Shown here one piece after another: positions 46,828 to 57,147 of a stretch of 64,000 bases of DNA; position 1 is the stretch's first letter; the number at the start of each line of letters is the position of its first letter. The notes under the pieces were generated by a model. It searched no databases. It was not told the DNA's origin and was given only the letters and a program-made list of their open reading frames with translations. The stretch lies in sequence record NC_070874.1. One strand, 5' to 3'. This DNA comes from Escherichia phage vB_EcoP-ZQ2. A program made the translations under genes and the position numbers.

Positions 46828-47580
46828 TTAAGCGTAGTATTCAGCCAGATGGTCTAAGAGTTTCTGGGCATCGTTATCAATGTAAGTCTCGGACTTATCA
46901 AACATACCCATTGGGGAACGAAGTCGTTTACCAACCGACTTCTTAGTTGGACGGGTTTGGAATACGTGCTTATATCCTAAGTCACGTTCTTCTTCCGTAA
47001 TTTCAAGCATCTTGTTTCCATACTTCTCCAGTTCTTTAATGTCTACACGCTCTGCATAAACCACTGTAGAGAAGTAGGCTTCAAGCCCGTTATTTTTAAG
47101 AGAACCTTTTACTGGGATGAATGTTTTCATCACACCGGCAGCTTCATCAAGTTCGTCTTTAGCATGAGCAGTAATGATTACTGGCTTACCAAACTTAACG
47201 ACTTTCTGTTGCAGCAGTATCTTAAAGAACTGTGCAAAATCCCCCCATGCTTTCTGCGTGTTTGCAGAAGGCAATACGTACTGGGATTCCAGCATATCCA
47301 TCATGAAGGTTGCTGAGTCAATGATGATACCATCAACATCATCTGCCATTTCTCCACCAGGAGATGCAACATCAAATGCTTCCCAGATTTGATACGGGTC
47401 TTCAATGTTGTAGGTATTGAACTTGTTACGGAAAGGCAGACGCTTACCTGCTTCAGTATTCAGATAGAGCCAGCGTTCCTGGTTCCTGATGTTACGCAGT
47501 GATGCTGATTTACCACTCGCTGAGAATCCTGCAATCAGGATTAGCTGAGTGTTAATATCATTGGGAATTACTTCGGACAT
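46828..47580 (-). CDS. P-loop ATPase (Sak4/RecA-like or AAA-type; replication/recombination accessory)
   Basis: 250 aa; Walker A ILIAGFSASGKS near the N-terminus; Walker B-like GIIIDSAT. Confidence 0.4.
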   Translation of the reverse strand: MSEVIPNDINTQLILIAGFSASGKSASLRNIRNQERWLYLNTEAGKRLPFRNKFNTYNIEDPYQIWEAFDVASPGGEMADDVDGIIIDSATFMMDMLESQYVLPSANTQKAWGDFAQFFKILLQQKVVKFGKPVIITAHAKDELDEAAGVMKTFIPVKGSLKNNGLEAYFSTVVYAERVDIKELEKYGNKMLEITEEERDLGYKHVFQTRPTKKSVGKRLRSPMGMFDKSETYIDNDAQKLLDHLAEYYA

Positions 47581-47636
47581 TATTTTTCCTCATTTAATTT
47601 AGGAGTCCTTCAAACCAAAGAAAGACTCCTGTTTGC

Positions 47637-49790
47637 TTACTTGCCAGCGAAGCGTTTAGCCACGGTGACCATTACGGTTGCATTCAATTCATCATCTGGT
47701 AATGGATTAGCCAGTTTCTTATTGAATGAGTGGACGGCTTGCTGTACTTGGGCAAAGTCCCAACCACTGTCAACCAATGCCAGTGCGTACTTAATCATTT
47801 GATTATTACGATTACCGGTAGCAATACGACTAGCGAACCAACGCTCCAGATTATCCAACGACTGTACTTCCTTCATCTGGTTCCGGAACTGCTCGTTCTT
47901 ACTAGTACGAGGAATAAAGTCACGCACGTCCAACAGATTTGCTTCAAGATTGTAATGATAGGAACCAGTCTCACAGGACATCCATTTCTTGGCTCGTTGG
48001 TTAGCAGATTCATCCGTTTCGAACGGTAGCCAAGACATAACGTTATTCATGAACTCTTTGTATTCCTCGGTGTCGAGGTGTAACTCATAGTTCATTGGAA
48101 TAATCAGTCGGAATCGGTTCTCTTCATCAGAATGACGCTTAGTGGTATAGGTCATGAACTTATATTCCTTCATCAGTTCATGGCACGTATGCAGTGGTAC
48201 TCCACCATCACAGTCAATAACAATCATGTTAAATCCTGGAATAACGTTCTCTTCGGAACGATGGCCATTTTTCATGTGATGGTTTACCCAGTGCATACCG
48301 GGAGCTTGGGTTAATACATGCAACTGGTCGAACGGTACACGTTCACCAATGTAGTCATAAGCAAAGCTATCACTATATGCCACTATCATCTCATTGATGT
48401 CAGTCTCTTTCAGAGTTTCCCCACGGAAGAACTCAATACCTTCATTGAAGGTTTTCTTAATGATGATGTGCTGTTTGTAACCCCATGCTGTAGCAAGGGT
48501 CATCATCTCATTACGGGCTGCATTACCACTCTTATAGAACGGCAATGACTCCAACAAATCAGCATGAGTCACTTCTTTACCTACAGAGGCAATGTACTTA
48601 GCCAGCTTCACATAGGCTTTCTCACGATTGAGAATACCCTGGAATGCTGCCCCGGATTCCTCTACAAGCAGGATTGCTTGTTTAAGGTGAGACATCTCAA
48701 TGAATGAACTCTGGTCAACAAATGCCAGTGCCCCAGCCAGTTTAAGTGCTTTGAAGTAACGGTGTTTTATTTCATTTTTACGGATTTCTTCATGGTCTGA
48801 CATAGCTGCTGCTTGTTTATCACAGTCAACTTTATAGGCCATTGCTGCAATGCCTACATCGTCTTCTACAACCATCCTATAACCGAATAAGTTTGGGTCA
48901 GCTAAATCATGAAATTTATTTGCCCATTTACTAACAGTAATATTGTTATCCGTTTTAATGAGATTTCTGTAAATTTCTTCTGGAGTCATACTCACAAAAG
49001 CTTGTTGGTCTACTTGACCAATTGCAAATAAGCAACGGCGAGCATAACCAGTATCCAGAAAATCATAGAATTGGTCTTCGATTTGACCACCATCTAACAG
49101 CTTACTTGGTGTACCAAAAAGTAGCAGATTAGTAGGAGTCTTACCGTCCAGTTCTTCCCCTCGCTGGCTCTCGGCAGTGTTCTTGGTCAGCTTCTGTTTA
49201 ACCTTACCCTGGTCATATAATTCCAGGAACAGAGTTAATACGTCTGTGTTGGCCAACAGGTTTGAACCAATTTCATCAATCTGAAGGTTGATTGAACCAC
49301 ACCCAGCCATTAACAACTTGTGACGTAATTGTTTAACTGCTGGTGGAGTACCAGAGTCAAACGTAAACGGATATGCCCCAGCACGTTTATATTCTGCTTC
49401 AACTTTATCAAACTCATCATTCTGGTCTGTACCCTGACGAGCAGCACGTTCGTTGGCAATCTTCCATAGGCGGTCATTTGCAATGACGGGCATGGTGTCT
49501 TCCATAAAACGTTTACGGAATCCAGACATAAACCCGTCTTCAATGATATTTACTGAGTGACCTTTACCGAAACCAGATGTAGCCAACGCAATAGCGTAGA
49601 TGTTTACCGGCAGGTCACCACGGTCTTTAGTTACAATGGTTGCACCCATGCAGGATGCCATTTTAGCCAAGAAGTAGGCTACTTCGACACGGAAAAATCC
49701 CCGGTCATTATTCTGGGTTTTATTGCAGAGCACATCTACGATTTCTTCAATCGCCGGATGGTGACTGATGCCAGTAAGGTCGATACTCAT
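47637..49790 (-). CDS. DNA primase (primase-polymerase-like)
   Basis: 717 aa; C-terminal half has an hhhDhD-type motif (NMIVIDCDGG) typical of archaeo-eukaryotic-type primase domains; position between DNA polymerase and SSB. Confidence 0.5.
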   Translation of the reverse strand: MSIDLTGISHHPAIEEIVDVLCNKTQNNDRGFFRVEVAYFLAKMASCMGATIVTKDRGDLPVNIYAIALATSGFGKGHSVNIIEDGFMSGFRKRFMEDTMPVIANDRLWKIANERAARQGTDQNDEFDKVEAEYKRAGAYPFTFDSGTPPAVKQLRHKLLMAGCGSINLQIDEIGSNLLANTDVLTLFLELYDQGKVKQKLTKNTAESQRGEELDGKTPTNLLLFGTPSKLLDGGQIEDQFYDFLDTGYARRCLFAIGQVDQQAFVSMTPEEIYRNLIKTDNNITVSKWANKFHDLADPNLFGYRMVVEDDVGIAAMAYKVDCDKQAAAMSDHEEIRKNEIKHRYFKALKLAGALAFVDQSSFIEMSHLKQAILLVEESGAAFQGILNREKAYVKLAKYIASVGKEVTHADLLESLPFYKSGNAARNEMMTLATAWGYKQHIIIKKTFNEGIEFFRGETLKETDINEMIVAYSDSFAYDYIGERVPFDQLHVLTQAPGMHWVNHHMKNGHRSEENVIPGFNMIVIDCDGGVPLHTCHELMKEYKFMTYTTKRHSDEENRFRLIIPMNYELHLDTEEYKEFMNNVMSWLPFETDESANQRAKKWMSCETGSYHYNLEANLLDVRDFIPRTSKNEQFRNQMKEVQSLDNLERWFASRIATGNRNNQMIKYALALVDSGWDFAQVQQAVHSFNKKLANPLPDDELNATVMVTVAKRFAGK

Positions 49791-50302
49791 TTGATTAATC
49801 CTACGCTCTTATTAGTGACGGCATATTCTCCGAAGTATTTTACGGCAGCTAAGTCATACGCTTTGGCTGCTTCAATTGCTTCCAGGAATACACCTAAATG
49901 AATTGATTTACGGTTTACTTTGATTTTGGCTAAGTAGTTACCCCTGAACTTAGTAACACCCATAAAACCACTGGTATTGTTTTTATTCAGTCCACGGTTA
50001 GCACCATTGGTGCTTTTATCCGCTTCTCTTAGATTGTCTATCCAGTTGTGGTGACGTATGGTGTCTTTATGGTCTATTAAACCAGTAGGCCACATACCGT
50101 ACACGTACAACCAAGCTAACCTATGAGCAGCTTCCCGTTTGGAATCAACTGTTATGTAGAGATAACCGTCACTGTTATTGAGCGACCCAGCAACACTACC
50201 GACAGGTGTTCGGTTACTGAGGGAGATGCGGCGAGTAAATATCCCAGTAAGTGGGTCATAATGCAGCAACTCTTTTAGCCGTTGCTGAGTCAGCTTAATC
50301 AT
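49787..50302 (-). CDS. HNH homing endonuclease with C-terminal AP2 domain (second copy)
   Basis: Start taken at internal ATG 50302 (MIKLTQQRL); HNH_3-like HRLAWLYVYGMWPTGLIDHKDTIRHHNWIDNLREA; AP2-like SGFMGVTKFRGNYLAKIKVNRKSIHLGVFLEAIEAAKAYDLAAVKYFGEYA; ATGA-type overlaps with both neighbouring genes. Confidence 0.75.
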   Translation of the reverse strand: MIKLTQQRLKELLHYDPLTGIFTRRISLSNRTPVGSVAGSLNNSDGYLYITVDSKREAAHRLAWLYVYGMWPTGLIDHKDTIRHHNWIDNLREADKSTNGANRGLNKNNTSGFMGVTKFRGNYLAKIKVNRKSIHLGVFLEAIEAAKAYDLAAVKYFGEYAVTNKSVGLIK

Positions 50303-51279
50303 GATGGAAAATATCTCTCTCTTTGTTTGCAAATGGACGCGACAGGGCAGTATAGACAACGCTTAACCTGCCCCTCCACGACCTTGATAGCACCCTTGCC
50401 ACCTTTTTCAGCCATGAAGATACGAGCAGATGCCATATCGTCAAAGTTTTTAGTACTTCTGGCTCCAGGTACATCTACCTTAGAAGCATCAGAGAAGTAT
50501 TTGAACTGTGGTTCTGTTCGCCACAACTCCTCGTCAGTACATTCAGGAATTTCCTCTTCAGGTGCATTCCAATACTTCTCAATGAGGTGAATCTTCTCTT
50601 CTACCCAACGTTCAGTCTTATCGACAGACAGCAACGGAATATCCTTATGCATAATACGATTAGCAGGATAGTTCGGATTGCTATTAGCCATATGCTTCAT
50701 GAAGTCAGTGAAGATGTAGTTAATACGGATTACATCCTCGGTAATGATGTCGTTGTGAATCCAACGGTACAAGCTGCCTTGCATCTTGTGTTCATCATCA
50801 CGGGAACCAGCAACCCAGGAATAGGTTGAGGTGGACTTAAAGTCTTGCAACAGACCCTCTGTTACGATGTCGAACTTACCACCGATAGTCCAACCCTTAA
50901 CTACCCTGGTTCCACGCTGTTCAATGTAGATTGGGATAAGGTCAGGGTTAGCATCAAAGTCTGCTTTGGTTGGGTTAATGACTACTGCATCAATTACTCG
51001 CTGGGAATAACCTAGCTTCTTCAATGCAGTCTTATGACCCAGCTTCCAGGCTTTCTCGATAGAATCATGTAAACCAGTACCCATTGATGTGGAGACAAAA
51101 TCCATAACATCAATTGACTGGTCACTGAGGTCTACACGATGTTTCATGACGATTTGCTTAATAGGCTTAAGCAATGTGGTAACAGACAGGTACTTAGGAT
51201 TGTCTACGTAATCATACTCATCATGTAGTAGCCATACAGCCAGAGCCAGTGAGACATCATGATTGTTGGTTATCTTCAT
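50299..51279 (-). CDS. putative PD-(D/E)XK-family nuclease (RecB/Cas4-like) with C-terminal Cys cluster
   Basis: 326 aa; C-terminal CLYCPVASIC; central GGKFDIVTEG...DFKS resembles a D...E-x-K active site; lies in the replication module. Confidence 0.4.
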   Translation of the reverse strand: MKITNNHDVSLALAVWLLHDEYDYVDNPKYLSVTTLLKPIKQIVMKHRVDLSDQSIDVMDFVSTSMGTGLHDSIEKAWKLGHKTALKKLGYSQRVIDAVVINPTKADFDANPDLIPIYIEQRGTRVVKGWTIGGKFDIVTEGLLQDFKSTSTYSWVAGSRDDEHKMQGSLYRWIHNDIITEDVIRINYIFTDFMKHMANSNPNYPANRIMHKDIPLLSVDKTERWVEEKIHLIEKYWNAPEEEIPECTDEELWRTEPQFKYFSDASKVDVPGARSTKNFDDMASARIFMAEKGGKGAIKVVEGQVKRCLYCPVASICKQRERYFPS

Positions 51280-51541
51280 TGTAAGCCTTTTTCAATATGC
51301 GATTGGCATAGTGCACAATCTTCTCTGAGTCGTACACCGAAGAGTTTCCAGGTTTACCATTACCCATACGGGCAGCAGCATTTCGCCATAGAGCTTTAAA
51401 GGCACAACCTTCATCGAAGGTCATGCCCAGTGCTTGGATAATATCCTCACACTCTGCTTGATATGGCTCTTGCTCTTTCCGCTGGGGATTCTTAATTAGA
51501 ACTACATAGTAGTTGTTAAGACCACCGGAGAGCTTAGTCAT
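51257..51541 (-). CDS. hypothetical protein (94 aa)
   Basis: ORF track; overlaps neighbours on the same strand. Confidence 0.45.
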   Translation of the reverse strand: MTKLSGGLNNYYVVLIKNPQRKEQEPYQAECEDIIQALGMTFDEGCAFKALWRNAAARMGNGKPGNSSVYDSEKIVHYANRILKKAYNEDNQQS

Positions 51542-51846
51542 TACTTATCCTTTGGAATCATGTTTGCCTGGAACTCTGGTTCAGACATCAGACCCAGATT
51601 GCTAAGAGACAGATAAACAATGTCTTTCAGGTCAACTGAGGTGTCGAAACGTTGATCCAGACTAATCTTCAGTGAGTGATTGGCACGAGCCAAATCTTTA
51701 TAAGTCACATAAGGTTCATCAGTGAGCAACATTGTGTTCATGGTAAGCAGGGAACCATCATCAACTTTAGGAAGTTGGAAGACTACCTGTGCTGCTACCA
51801 TCCAATGATATTTTCTGACTACAGTTTCTTTAGTACTTTTGGTCAT
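51541..51846 (-). CDS. hypothetical protein (101 aa)
   Basis: ORF track; 4-nt overlap with the DNA polymerase gene stop. Confidence 0.5.
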   Translation of the reverse strand: MTKSTKETVVRKYHWMVAAQVVFQLPKVDDGSLLTMNTMLLTDEPYVTYKDLARANHSLKISLDQRFDTSVDLKDIVYLSLSNLGLMSEPEFQANMIPKDK

Positions 51847-54422
51847 GCGAATGCCTTTTGAATTATTTGATGAACTTCTTCTGGGGTAGCGTGATTTGGA
51901 ATTTCAATCTCGTTAGCCCACGTTGGGTAAAACAAGGATAGTTCCCCACCCAAACCAACTTCTGGATGAGCAATATCAGGATGGTCTTGCCAGTTAACGG
52001 CCTCAACCAAGTGCTTGTTCGTGAATTGCAAAGTATCCATGTTGTCACGAATCATGAAGTACTGAGCATCGTGAATGTGAATACTAGGACGAATATCTAA
52101 CCTGAACTCACTGGCTCTGACTTTACGCATAAATTCTGAACCAGCACGGTTATTCAGTAGACACCAGCTTTGCCCTAAAGCATTACCAGCAGTTCTGCCT
52201 TCTGCTTCTGCTTCATACGGAGTCTTACATGTCCCACGTAATACTTGAGCCAGTAAAGGAGTACGCACTCTCAAACCGAATGCGGCAGTAACATAACCAG
52301 TTTTGGCAGCTTCGTCTAGCTTAGCCTGAACCCATCTGTCACTAACTACATAGAGATCGTGATAACGTTTCTCTGTAGTTTTAGCCTTCTCTTCAGAGAA
52401 GCCACAGTTTTTCATTAAGCCCATATAAGTACCACCATAGGTAAGCAGGAAGGTTGGAGCCTTCGAGTCACTACGCAATGATTTGTACTTATGCTGGATG
52501 GAGTTAATGGATTCTACCGTATCTTCAATGTCTGGCATCTGCTCACCAAAGTAAGCATACGCACGAAGACTGTGACCATCATAACCATCGGTATACACCT
52601 TAAGCTTCTGTGGGTCTTTGGTAGTTAAAGCTGAGATACGGTCTTCAAGGCTCGCAAAGTCCAGTCCACAAAATATCCAACCCGGTGGTGCTTCGAAGCA
52701 TTTCTTAATCTTCTTGGCGTATTTGGAGCCAGATGGAATGGTTTGCAGGTTTGGTTCAGAGGCAGATAATCTACCAGAAACCGTTCCCCCCAAATTGAGG
52801 TTGCCGAATAGGTAGTGCCATCCATCCGGCCCAGGTTGGGCATTTCTAAAGGCCGGTATGAAGCTAGTGATAATCTTATCCACGAGCTTATAGTCGATAA
52901 GTGCATTGAGCAGTTCCTTAACATCGTCACTCTGCGTATGCGTACGCAGTGCTTTAATAGTGTCACCGTCAGTAGCAGGTTGCTTGCTCTTAGTGAGTCC
53001 AAGAACCGGTAAGCCAATATAATCAAATAATAATTTCTGTAACTGTGGACCGGAGTTAGGATTAAACTCGATGTCACAGTCAGCAAGTGTTACTTGTTTC
53101 TTCTTGAGCTTAGCATTCTTATCATCTACCCATTCCTGACGAAGCATCAGGGTGAAGTTCTTCATGAGCTTGGACTCACGAATAGTTTTCAGAGCCTGGT
53201 TCCTGTCAGTTTCCATCTCCTTAGCTACTTGGTTAACGGTATCCATATTCATGGGCATACCGGTTAACTGCATCTGAATGATGTCTTCACAGGCTGGCTT
53301 AAAGATGTTGTTGTAAACATCCAGTTGGTCATCAGCAATGAGGGTATCCCAGTGCTTCTCGTAGGTATACCACGTACATAAACCGTCAATAAGGTTGTAG
53401 CGTAACAATTGCTCATTAGGAATAAGACGAATGTCTTTAATATCATCCTGAGCATAGTTACCAGCATACTCCTGAGCCTGGTCTTTCAGACTAAGGTGAT
53501 TACCGGCACAGCTGTTAGTAGCTAAGTAGGTGATTAGCTTAGTGCAATCCCAGTTACGTAGCATGATATCCATGCCATGCAATAAGCCTTCTGTATCAAT
53601 CAGGTTATCCATGAATAACTGATAGATAAGCACGTACACGTCATAGCTAATGTTGTGATACATCTGTCGTTGTGTGTACTTAATGAAGAACTCACGGAGA
53701 AGATTTCGAACAATATCATTTCTGTTTATACGCCCGTATGGTGCTTCAGTAGCCCCAGGAATTGGCTCGTAGTCCACATTAAAGGCTATGCCTTGTGTCT
53801 TACTCCAACAGAATGTAATTGTCCCTATACCGGCGTTATAATGCTTTAAACCGAATGCTTCGATGTCTATAGCCAAAGGCTTATTCATCTCAAGCAACTG
53901 GTCTAGCCAGGCTTTAATCTTCTCTGGAGTATCCGGGTAGGCTTCAAACTCAATGATTCCTTGACCTGGTTCAGCATACTGACCACGTATGTGGTTAAGT
54001 AATGCATCCATACCCTGAGCAATCTTGGCTTTTACTACAGGTGGGTCATAGAAGACCTGCCTGTAGCTGGGTGTATAGATAACCTTCTGTTTACCCCATA
54101 CTGAGTCACAAACATAGCCGAGGTTAGCCTCTGCTTTAGCTTCTTTAGTCAGTATTTTGAAGTAATCAGAATCGGTACAGATAATGTACTGAGTTTCTGC
54201 ATCATCCAGTACTTGTTGCAGTTCCTGCTGTATGAACTCTTTAATTTCCCTTGCAGGAGTCTTCTTCTTGCCTGGGGCAGAATGAAGTTCAATGAAGATG
54301 AAATCTTCCATGCTTAGGTCATTAGGCAGCAGGTAGGTTTTAATCATCTCCTCCCTTCGGATTTGATGACCGAGGATAGCAATAGGATACTTACCCGTAT
54401 CCTGAGAGGTGATGTAACGCAT
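51843..54422 (-). CDS. DNA polymerase, family A (Pol I-like) with 3'-5' exonuclease domain
   Basis: 859 aa; exo motif AIDIEAFGL; motif A CGLDFASLEDRI; motif B KAPTFLLTYGGTYMG; motif C IHIHDAQYF. Confidence 0.9.
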   Translation of the reverse strand: MRYITSQDTGKYPIAILGHQIRREEMIKTYLLPNDLSMEDFIFIELHSAPGKKKTPAREIKEFIQQELQQVLDDAETQYIICTDSDYFKILTKEAKAEANLGYVCDSVWGKQKVIYTPSYRQVFYDPPVVKAKIAQGMDALLNHIRGQYAEPGQGIIEFEAYPDTPEKIKAWLDQLLEMNKPLAIDIEAFGLKHYNAGIGTITFCWSKTQGIAFNVDYEPIPGATEAPYGRINRNDIVRNLLREFFIKYTQRQMYHNISYDVYVLIYQLFMDNLIDTEGLLHGMDIMLRNWDCTKLITYLATNSCAGNHLSLKDQAQEYAGNYAQDDIKDIRLIPNEQLLRYNLIDGLCTWYTYEKHWDTLIADDQLDVYNNIFKPACEDIIQMQLTGMPMNMDTVNQVAKEMETDRNQALKTIRESKLMKNFTLMLRQEWVDDKNAKLKKKQVTLADCDIEFNPNSGPQLQKLLFDYIGLPVLGLTKSKQPATDGDTIKALRTHTQSDDVKELLNALIDYKLVDKIITSFIPAFRNAQPGPDGWHYLFGNLNLGGTVSGRLSASEPNLQTIPSGSKYAKKIKKCFEAPPGWIFCGLDFASLEDRISALTTKDPQKLKVYTDGYDGHSLRAYAYFGEQMPDIEDTVESINSIQHKYKSLRSDSKAPTFLLTYGGTYMGLMKNCGFSEEKAKTTEKRYHDLYVVSDRWVQAKLDEAAKTGYVTAAFGLRVRTPLLAQVLRGTCKTPYEAEAEGRTAGNALGQSWCLLNNRAGSEFMRKVRASEFRLDIRPSIHIHDAQYFMIRDNMDTLQFTNKHLVEAVNWQDHPDIAHPEVGLGGELSLFYPTWANEIEIPNHATPEEVHQIIQKAFA

Positions 54423-54431
54423 AGCCTTACC

Positions 54432-54962
54432 TTAGAAAATCAGATGGGAAGCTGCATAGTACTCAATAGAGGGAAGAATCTTCTCATACTGTTTTATTGC
54501 CATAGGATCACCAGCAAGTGTCCAGGCTGCTTCACGAGTACGTGGCAGTTCCTTGTACTTACCAGTCTGGTCTTGGGCCACCAGACACTCAGGCAGAGCA
54601 TCACGTACATCCTGATAGGACATACAACCGCGAACCAGGCGATATACAGTCTGGTTCACAAGGTGTACTTCCATAATCAGACGACTGGAGGCTTTCAGAT
54701 ACTTGTCCATTGCAGGCCAAAGTTCTGGATTAAGTGTTAATCGTTCACCGTAGGTTGGAGGTCTGGAAGCATTAGAACGCTGATAGAACTCACCTTGATA
54801 AAGGAATCCAGCCGATACATCAATACCATTGATACGGTCGTTCTTATCAATGATGCCGTTTAACACACTATCAAGACGAACCAGTTCTGCTAAGAACAGG
54901 TGTTTGACTATCTCACTGCTATTGGCAACTTGACCAATAGTTGCTGAACCAATCTGAGGCAT
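54432..54962 (-). CDS. hypothetical protein (176 aa)
   Basis: ORF track; between helicase and polymerase genes. Confidence 0.5.
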   Translation of the reverse strand: MPQIGSATIGQVANSSEIVKHLFLAELVRLDSVLNGIIDKNDRINGIDVSAGFLYQGEFYQRSNASRPPTYGERLTLNPELWPAMDKYLKASSRLIMEVHLVNQTVYRLVRGCMSYQDVRDALPECLVAQDQTGKYKELPRTREAAWTLAGDPMAIKQYEKILPSIEYYAASHLIF

Positions 54963-54972
54963 ATATCCTCCC

Positions 54973-56283
54973 TTAGAAAGTTAGACCACCATACTTACTG
55001 GCAAGATTGCCATAGAACACTACTCGCTTACGGGCACGAGACACAGCGACGTAAAGCAAACGGGCAACCATATCAGGTTGGCGACAGCTTGAGAGGTCAT
55101 TTGCATCAATGAAGATTGTGTCGTAAGTAGAGCCTTGTGATTTATGGACAGTACATGCGTGAGTAGCACGTAGGTCTGGAATGGTTTCTTTAAGACGGAA
55201 GTAAGGTTCCCAGTTCTTCTCCTTACCCAACCACTTAACCAAACGGTTGAAGTATTCTGGGTCGGTAGGAACTGGAACTTCACTTACAATACCACCATAA
55301 CCAAGGTCCAGAGTACTATCACGAACTTCCAGTTCCAGGTCGCCTGTAACTGGAATCATGCGAGTACTGCTATCCTGGTCAATGAGTTTTACGTCTTGCT
55401 CGATAGACAGACGGTCTTCCACCCCTAAGCGAACAGCAGAGTTAGAAACTAACTGTTCACCGATGGAGTACTCACCTACATAGCCATTAGCTTCACGAAT
55501 GTAGTTATTGTAATTAATAACCTGGTCATTCGTATAAGCAACAATACGGCTATTGGTAGGTTGAGTGAAGTGACTGAGAACCAGTTTCTCCATCTCTTCT
55601 CCCTGTACCCAATCAATGATGCCTGGAATACACTTAATAGGCAGGAAGCCTGTCTTACCTTCCACGGTATCACGCAATTGCTGGTGCAATGCTTTGAGTT
55701 CCGGTGCATCGGTACGCATCTGTTCAGTCAGATAGTGTGTTGGGATATTACCTGCATACACTGGAGACTTATTCTCTTTAACAGGCAGAAGCTGAGAAGC
55801 ATCTCCTACGAATACCAGTTTGCACTGGTGAGTACCTTCACGAGCATACTTAAGCAACTGACGGTCAATCATGGATGCTTCATCTACGAAGATGATTTTG
55901 TTCTTCTTAATATTGAATGATTTAGACGGCACTACGTTAGCTTCACCAGTCTTAAAGTCATTCTTAACAATCAGTCCCTGAAAGGAATGATAGGTAGATG
56001 TAGGACGTCCAGTAGCCTGAGCCAGAACTTCAGCAGCTTTGTTCGTGGTCGCAGTCATAACGACTTCGTTATACAAGGGCTTGGTTCCCATAAGGGAGCA
56101 AGTTTCCATATATGCAGGCATAGTGTCATCAATGAGGTGCGACATTAGGAATGTCTTGCCAGTTCCCCCTGGGCCACTAATATTGAATTCGGTAGCATTA
56201 GGGTCGAGCAGGAAGTCGAAGAACTCCTTCGCAACCGCTTCTTGCCCCTTGTTCAGTGGGGCTTTGGTAGGTTTGGAAAACAT
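54973..56283 (-). CDS. SF1 DNA helicase (Dda/RecD-like)
   Basis: 436 aa; Walker A GPGGTGKTF; Walker B IIFVDEASM; C-terminal VHKSQGSTYDTIFID and LLYVAVSRA motifs. Confidence 0.85.
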   Translation of the reverse strand: MFSKPTKAPLNKGQEAVAKEFFDFLLDPNATEFNISGPGGTGKTFLMSHLIDDTMPAYMETCSLMGTKPLYNEVVMTATTNKAAEVLAQATGRPTSTYHSFQGLIVKNDFKTGEANVVPSKSFNIKKNKIIFVDEASMIDRQLLKYAREGTHQCKLVFVGDASQLLPVKENKSPVYAGNIPTHYLTEQMRTDAPELKALHQQLRDTVEGKTGFLPIKCIPGIIDWVQGEEMEKLVLSHFTQPTNSRIVAYTNDQVINYNNYIREANGYVGEYSIGEQLVSNSAVRLGVEDRLSIEQDVKLIDQDSSTRMIPVTGDLELEVRDSTLDLGYGGIVSEVPVPTDPEYFNRLVKWLGKEKNWEPYFRLKETIPDLRATHACTVHKSQGSTYDTIFIDANDLSSCRQPDMVARLLYVAVSRARKRVVFYGNLASKYGGLTF

Positions 56284-56316
56284 TAAAATCTCCAGTAAAA
56301 AACCCTCCGTAGAGGG

Positions 56317-56775
56317 TTAGATGTAAGGGGTTAAATCCGGGGGAGTATAGTCTTTCCCTTTCATAACTTTCATATTCTCATTGAAGACAGGTTCTCCATC
56401 TTCAAACTTAGAATAGTTAGAGCGATTGACTTCAGCCAATGCTCCAGGGACATTCATCCCAAGGAAAGTACCGACGCCAGTTGCTGTAACAATCTGGTCT
56501 GCCAGCGAATCCAGTAGTTCTACTGAATCTTTTATAACAATACTGTTATCTTTTTTGAGCAGATTGCCCACATGGTCAATTGCTGCCCGTAATGCATCAA
56601 TTTGTGAGGCACGTTCCGGGCTTTTACTGGTAATAGCGTTTAGCATTTCTGCTACTTCTTCCAGATGGCAACCAATCTGGGTACTAATGTTCTTACTCGT
56701 CGGATTCGGTACGGCTTTTAGAAACCATTGCCGTGTGTTTTCCAGCGTACAAACGGATGAACTTGTCATGCTCAC
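56317..56775 (-). CDS. hypothetical protein, possibly MazG-like all-alpha nucleotide pyrophosphohydrolase (start uncertain)
   Basis: ORF track (152 aa); LEEVAEMLNAI resembles the EExxE metal-binding helix of MazG-type enzymes; overlaps the upstream ORF by 83 nt, so the true start may be internal. Confidence 0.35.
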   Translation of the reverse strand: MSMTSSSVCTLENTRQWFLKAVPNPTSKNISTQIGCHLEEVAEMLNAITSKSPERASQIDALRAAIDHVGNLLKKDNSIVIKDSVELLDSLADQIVTATGVGTFLGMNVPGALAEVNRSNYSKFEDGEPVFNENMKVMKGKDYTPPDLTPYI

Positions 56776-57088
56776 TCTCTTGGTTAAGGTGGCGATTGTT
56801 ATATGCCTCCAGAATTAAGTCTCTTACATATGAGCGAATCTCATAAGCAGGACCAACTTGTTCTGATAGCCAATCAGCCACATGGGTTGGTAAAGGACGT
56901 AATACGTTTTCCATGAACGTCCGACGTGTGTCGGCTGGTTCAATGTTTAGAGAACGCAATCGCAAAGTAACAGTAGTTGGGTGAACCCCCAACGTCTTAG
57001 CGATAGTTGCGAGGGACAGACCAACAGCATTCATACGAATGATGTCTTCATCAGTTGCTTTGCGATTACTTCTGAATACTTTAGACAT
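56693..57088 (-). CDS. helix-turn-helix DNA-binding protein (131 aa)
   Basis: ORF track; LSLATIAKTLGVHPTTVTLRL is a canonical HTH. Confidence 0.45.
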   Translation of the reverse strand: MSKVFRSNRKATDEDIIRMNAVGLSLATIAKTLGVHPTTVTLRLRSLNIEPADTRRTFMENVLRPLPTHVADWLSEQVGPAYEIRSYVRDLILEAYNNRHLNQESEHDKFIRLYAGKHTAMVSKSRTESDE

Positions 57089-57147
57089 AGCTTATTTCCT
57101 CTTCAAAGATAGCCTCACTTTATTATAAGTGAGGCTATTTGAACAGG

